Part shown: one piece after another, positions 60,801 through 64,000 of the stretch | Numbering within the stretch: the stretch's first letter is position 1 | Layout of the letters: each line of letters starts with the position of its first letter | Translations under genes and position numbers: made by a program | NCBI GenBank assembly: GCA_963744995.1 | Contig: CAVUWA010000010.1 | Span: 448,001-512,000 of the forward strand | DNA length: 64,000 bases | Direction of reading: 5' to 3' | From: Candidatus Eiseniibacteriota bacterium | GTDB taxonomy: Bacteria > Eisenbacteria > RBG-16-71-46 | Notes under the pieces: generated by a model | The model's input: only the letters and a program-made list of their open reading frames with translations | What the model was told of the DNA's origin: nothing | Database searches by the model: none

Positions 60801-62345
60801 GCCGGTGGACTGCCAGGCGACGTCCGGCGACTGGCTGTTGTCGATGTCACCGGCGTTGTTGAAGTTGCCGATGCCGACGAAGCCGGCGCCGATGTCGATC
60901 TGCACGTCGTCGATCACCGCGGCACCCGCGTAGCCCGAGTTGTAGTTGCCGGAAACCGACCCGGCAGCGTCGTCGAACGCACGGTTGGTGTGCACGCGGA
61001 AGCACAGGCGCAGCTTGTTGGCCTGGCCGTTGGCGGCCGCGGAGTCGAGCATCGCCGCGACATTGGCCGCCGGCGCGGTCACGGTCGTCGTCGTCACGGC
61101 ATTGGTGCCCGCAACGCCGAACAGCCACAGACGCGCGTCCTTCATGAGGACTTCGTTGAACCAGCGGCGATCGTCGTCCTGAACGATACGACGGCCGCCC
61201 GTACCCGGGTTGTCCTCGACGATGACGCCAAGGCTCACCAGCTGCGGGTCGGCGTCGAACGGATACAGCGACGACTTCCACAGACCCTCGACCGGCGCGC
61301 CGATGTAGAGCTGCAGCGAGTCGATCGGAGCCGCGTCGCCCGTGGCACCGCCACCGCTGGCTTCAGCCGAAATGAAGTTGCCAGGCGTCGGCGAGTTGCC
61401 GCTGAGCCAGTCGCCTTCGAACCAGCCCGTGCGGAAATGCTCGTCCGTGTCCTTGTTGGTGGACATGTCCGTCCGCCAGGTGAACTTCACCGAGACGTCG
61501 CCGCTGGAGTAACCCGACATGTCGACGTTCCGGTAGAGCATCTGGTCCATGTTGCCGATGTAGCCGGGGAAGTGACGGTTCGTCGCTCCCGACCACGTCG
61601 GCGCGGTTTCGCTGACCCGGTAGTCCTGGGTGTTCGCGTTGTAATAGTTCCCGGTGACCGGATCGGAATAGGTGAGGTCGCCGTGAGCGCGGATCCCCAT
61701 CCAGGCGGAGGCCGCACCTTCCAGCGGTGACCACGAGGGATTGCTCGGGGTCGCCCCGCCCAGACCCGTCGTGGGGAACGACTGCACCGCCGAGGCGCCT
61801 TCGTCACGGTGCCACATGCCGGTCACGCCGAACGTGCGGCTGCCGCCGCCGCCCGGGTTCCCCGCAAAGTTCACGATGTTGCCGTACTCGACGGCCCACC
61901 ACAGGCGGTTCTCGTCGGTCAGGACCGCACCGCTCGAGTTGACGTGGTTATTGCGGACCGACCACCAGCCGGAGAGGCTGTCCCCGTGGACCTGCTGGTT
62001 GGCTTCGAACGACCACACGCCGTCGTTCGCGGTGCCGCCACGATTGCCGTAGTCGGCCGGAGGCGGATCGTCGGTCGGCGGATCGCCACCGTGCAGACCG
62101 CCCACCATCCAATAGTTGTCATTTACATTGGCGCCCGACCAGTAACCAACCCAGATCGTGTCCGGATTGACCAAACCGGCCGAGGTGCCGAGGAGACCGC
62201 TCTTCGCGAAACGTTCCTGGGAATCTTTGGCGTTCATCAGCTTGAGGCCGACGTCGCCACCGACGTCCGGGGACGCGAAGAGCGGGTTCGCCAGCAGAGC
62301 CGCTGCACTCACCGAGAGCAGCAGCGCGACGAACTTCTTTCTCAT
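57900..62345 (-). CDS. 1481-aa secreted surface protein with FlgD-Ig C-terminal domain
   Basis: RBS GGAGGT; MRKKFVALLLSVSAAALLA; C-terminal NP......V.F...V.V.VFDVSGRLVRTL...WDG.D..G..LP.GVYF. Confidence 0.88.
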   Translation of the reverse strand: MRKKFVALLLSVSAAALLANPLFASPDVGGDVGLKLMNAKDSQERFAKSGLLGTSAGLVNPDTIWVGYWSGANVNDNYWMVGGLHGGDPPTDDPPPADYGNRGGTANDGVWSFEANQQVHGDSLSGWWSVRNNHVNSSGAVLTDENRLWWAVEYGNIVNFAGNPGGGGSRTFGVTGMWHRDEGASAVQSFPTTGLGGATPSNPSWSPLEGAASAWMGIRAHGDLTYSDPVTGNYYNANTQDYRVSETAPTWSGATNRHFPGYIGNMDQMLYRNVDMSGYSSGDVSVKFTWRTDMSTNKDTDEHFRTGWFEGDWLSGNSPTPGNFISAEASGGGATGDAAPIDSLQLYIGAPVEGLWKSSLYPFDADPQLVSLGVIVEDNPGTGGRRIVQDDDRRWFNEVLMKDARLWLFGVAGTNAVTTTTVTAPAANVAAMLDSAAANGQANKLRLCFRVHTNRAFDDAAGSVSGNYNSGYAGAAVIDDVQIDIGAGFVGIGNFNNAGDIDNSQSPDVAWQSTGKPPATYFHPEDMTAQNLVYQDICGPVGSPNRICDLQGIIINMGIHDLAEAATNPAPLSSEHEGMWGMMSPTINLAGADQTSKDLTKNNMNLSPSERWATDDYYYYYDVYTGYFDVFTQGQLWQPLVQSYPATQSDGVEAWGTISSPGFLIFNPEKQCFADIEPSFGNGLVFTSNVNGFPDSMRVGLRKLSECYRFGISTGCSPLDGGYIDNCSFAIVDGNPQLLAMDIWDIFNDVFPANETAGLPGTAAFDTATAHIKVGLNTAPTPGNLFRYNIPGDSVTVQASGDSMRLDLIFRIKPGVGNYQTVGNENSGLRDFGTGFFASYQANPGAFSGVDGTISQGAALAAHAAAPSGWSPLVWNSARMDSAEVWGQEQFPVQGTSIANPPNGQVWCTTYHETELAGARASLGIARNVCFVIDTTVSNANDPNLTCGNPAKGPYPPTWVTTLPTSRTGWNGSTTTMEGTKIIPDGLLTPGAHVQYFVRRQDLENPTSVFAMMPDTTLVSPQNNEGPNTDGHRWQQFSVLPDRWKDSAFGQGGVGMACMLFVDNDDRRGNERVWKAVSDSIGATQASDVGSADGYGNVPADGDINDPAYFLNKNKQPGTLWDMYGVKASESLTTGACRIGQRLGYRAPVGTSIDGKWGMTAPTLDMLNTYYKMMLVVTGDLNSNIWGPFNDATPDDITTFQNWLSTGNTSTPDRGILVIGESFVEAAFDQGPPQQTFVTDYLATTFQDPNYLLFVPDSRGYVDVKVGPSVDLGAGDVYGVNNSCLLTNDVVDLNAVVADASVNMQYVLPDASLLPLGVTKGHNATNPWISQTIGVQISTMRGRFGVTNGRLAWMYNTLSNVFADLNCALVGQPINTTDTPNNGDGSVFVNFMNLRNNPLVSGYATVNFGLAKDDFVQVKVFDVSGRLVRTLADRKFKAGEHSLVWDGVDNAGRQLPRGVYFTQLKYRDSGFELAKKLTILR

Positions 62346-62690
62346 GTGACTACCTCCATCGTCGCAATGCATGGGCAATGCGAAGTCTTCCGAGTAAAGA
62401 TTGCGAGCGAGGTGTCGCCAGAGACAAATCGGCCGACGGATCATGGCAGGCGGCCATCCGACGGCAGATTTCTGCACCTGTCTGTGCCTGATCCCCCCTT
62501 TCCGCTGTCACCCTCGGCCCTTAGGCAATTCGGACGTCGGGCGACACAAATAGTGCGCAAACTCGATGATGAGCCGTTGAGCTCGCGGAGCCGCTGCCAG
62601 CTCCTGAGGGAGAGCTCAAACAACCGCGGAACCTGAGGTGCATCTGGGGGTTCATCTATTGAAGACGCACCAACCTCTGGAACAGGAAAA

Positions 62691-62719
62691 AGGCTAGGCT
62701 GCTGACAGGGTTCTGTCAA
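62691..62719 (-). promoter_or_regulatory. sigma70 promoter with an overlapping palindrome
   Basis: TTGACA-17 nt-TAGCCT; TGACAG-GGTT-CTGTCA inverted repeat at 62703-62718. Confidence 0.6.
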
Positions 62720-64000
62720 TCCGTTTTTTTCCTGCGACTTGCCGTGTTCGCCACCCCCCGCGGGGCCCCCAGAACAGCCCCCCCGAGGGCTTCGATCCAG
62801 GCCTGATCCTGGGTGGCGACGAGGACCGGCGACACGGACGCACGCCGGGCCACCCGCTCGCCGACGGAAGCCCGCAGGGCCCCATCGAGGCCGGCGGTCG
62901 GCTCGTCGAGCAGGACGATGGAGGCCGGCGCGAGCAGCGCCCCCAGCACCCCGACCAGCCGCTTCTCACCCGCCGAGAGCGTCCAGCAGCGCCGCTCCAG
63001 GAACCCGTCGGGGTCGTCGACCACGTCCTCAAGCCATTGCCGAACAGTCGTTTGAGCATCCGGACCCGCCACCCCTCTGCGCACTGCAGCGTGCAGGATT
63101 TCGTCGCCCGCCCGCTCTTCGAAGATCTGCATTTCAGGGTACTGGGCGGCCATGATGGCCCGCGGGCCCGGCGCCGGATGGCGTCGGATCCGGACCTGGC
63201 GGAGTTCCATCAGCCCCGCGATCGCCGAGAGCAGCACGGTCTTGCCCGAGCCGTTCGGGCCCAGCACCGCCCGCAGCCCGGTGGCAGGCAGGACGAACTC
63301 CGTCAATCCGGGAATCCGGACGGCCGGGCCTTCGGCCGGTGGGTCCCCGACCCACCCTTCCACGGCGGCCGGCGCCCCGGTCGATCCCGTGTCCGCCGGG
63401 CGGGCGGTGGGCGGCGCGAGGACCCGCGGCGCCGCGCCGATCCGGATTTCGCGGTCGGCGGCGCGCCGCTCCGCCTCGTCCTGCGTGACCCACACCACGG
63501 CGAGGCCCTCACGCACCCGCTGCCGCACCGCGGCCAGGGCCAGCGCCCGGGCGTCCGCATCGAGATGGGCCCCGGGCTCATCGGCCACCAGCAGCTCCGG
63601 TGCGGCGGCGAGCGCGCCGGCCAGCAGGACGAGCTGGCGGCGCCCCGCGGACAGCGCGCGCGGGTCGCGGCCGAGCTCGGCGGCCAGGCCGAGCTCGAGG
63701 CTCAGGCGGTGCACGTCACGTTCGATCCCGGCCGGGGGCCGGTCGAGGTTGCGGGCGGCGAAGGCGATTTCGTCGCGCACCGTGGGCTGCAGGAGCTGGC
63801 TCGAAGGATCCTGGAAGATCACCGCCACACGGCGCCTGAGCGTGTCGTTCCCGGGCAGGAACGGGACGCCCGAGAGCCGCACCTCGCCCGCCGCGGCCGG
63901 CCAGAGGCCGGCGAGCGCCATCGCCAGCGAGGACTTGCCGCAGCCGTTGGCGCCGGTCAGCGCCAGCCACTCGCCCGCCGCGACCTCGAGCGACACGCCG
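62716..64000 (-). CDS. Dual-domain ECF-type ABC ATPase (5' end outside the window)
   Basis: GANGCGKS, FQDP..Q, LSAG, DEP; second domain GPNGSGKT, LSAGEKR, LLDEPTAGLD. Confidence 0.85.
   Translation of the reverse strand, partial: GVSLEVAAGEWLALTGANGCGKSSLAMALAGLWPAAAGEVRLSGVPFLPGNDTLRRRVAVIFQDPSSQLLQPTVRDEIAFAARNLDRPPAGIERDVHRLSLELGLAAELGRDPRALSAGRRQLVLLAGALAAAPELLVADEPGAHLDADARALALAAVRQRVREGLAVVWVTQDEAERRAADREIRIGAAPRVLAPPTARPADTGSTGAPAAVEGWVGDPPAEGPAVRIPGLTEFVLPATGLRAVLGPNGSGKTVLLSAIAGLMELRQVRIRRHPAPGPRAIMAAQYPEMQIFEERAGDEILHAAVRRGVAGPDAQTTVRQWLEDVVDDPDGFLERRCWTLSAGEKRLVGVLGALLAPASIVLLDEPTAGLDGALRASVGERVARRASVSPVLVATQDQAWIEALGGAVLGAPRGVANTASRRKKTD

Overview
GC-rich bacterial chromosomal segment with mostly minus-strand genes. 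There is no rRNA, CRISPR array, integrase, transposase or prophage. The mix of secreted proteins ending in W-G-x-[VL]-K-x-x-Y-R and proteins with FlgD-Ig/T9SS-like C-terminal domains suggests an FCB-related candidate phylum such as Ca. Eisenbacteria or Latescibacteria; this is an inference. Housekeeping core: larE, mltG, ruvX, rsbW-like, rluD, lspA, dksA-like, PNP, yggU/T/S, ssrA, ssb, pyk, msrB, rdgB, rph, murI, GerMN, amidase, smpB, ppdK and five tRNAs (Val-TAC, Pro-TGG, Arg-TCT, His-GTG, Leu-CAG). Unexplained parts: (1) at 1-7 kb, five paralogous Cys/Trp-patterned secreted proteins with an Ig+dockerin-like protein and a SurA/PrsA-like foldase; (2) a recurrent WGxxKxxYR C-terminal tail that coexists with FlgD-type CTDs; (3) a three-paralog RSSFER/WGxPWDA module around a glycoside-hydrolase-like lipoprotein; (4) an M16 peptidase pair lacking an intact HxxEH; (5) a 1481-aa S-layer-like candidate followed by a lipoprotein operon; (6) a DksA homolog with a histone-H1-like arm; (7) a solo HNH nuclease with a structured leader; (8) a patch of frameshifts at about 25-28 kb, including smpB, that is most likely sequencing error.
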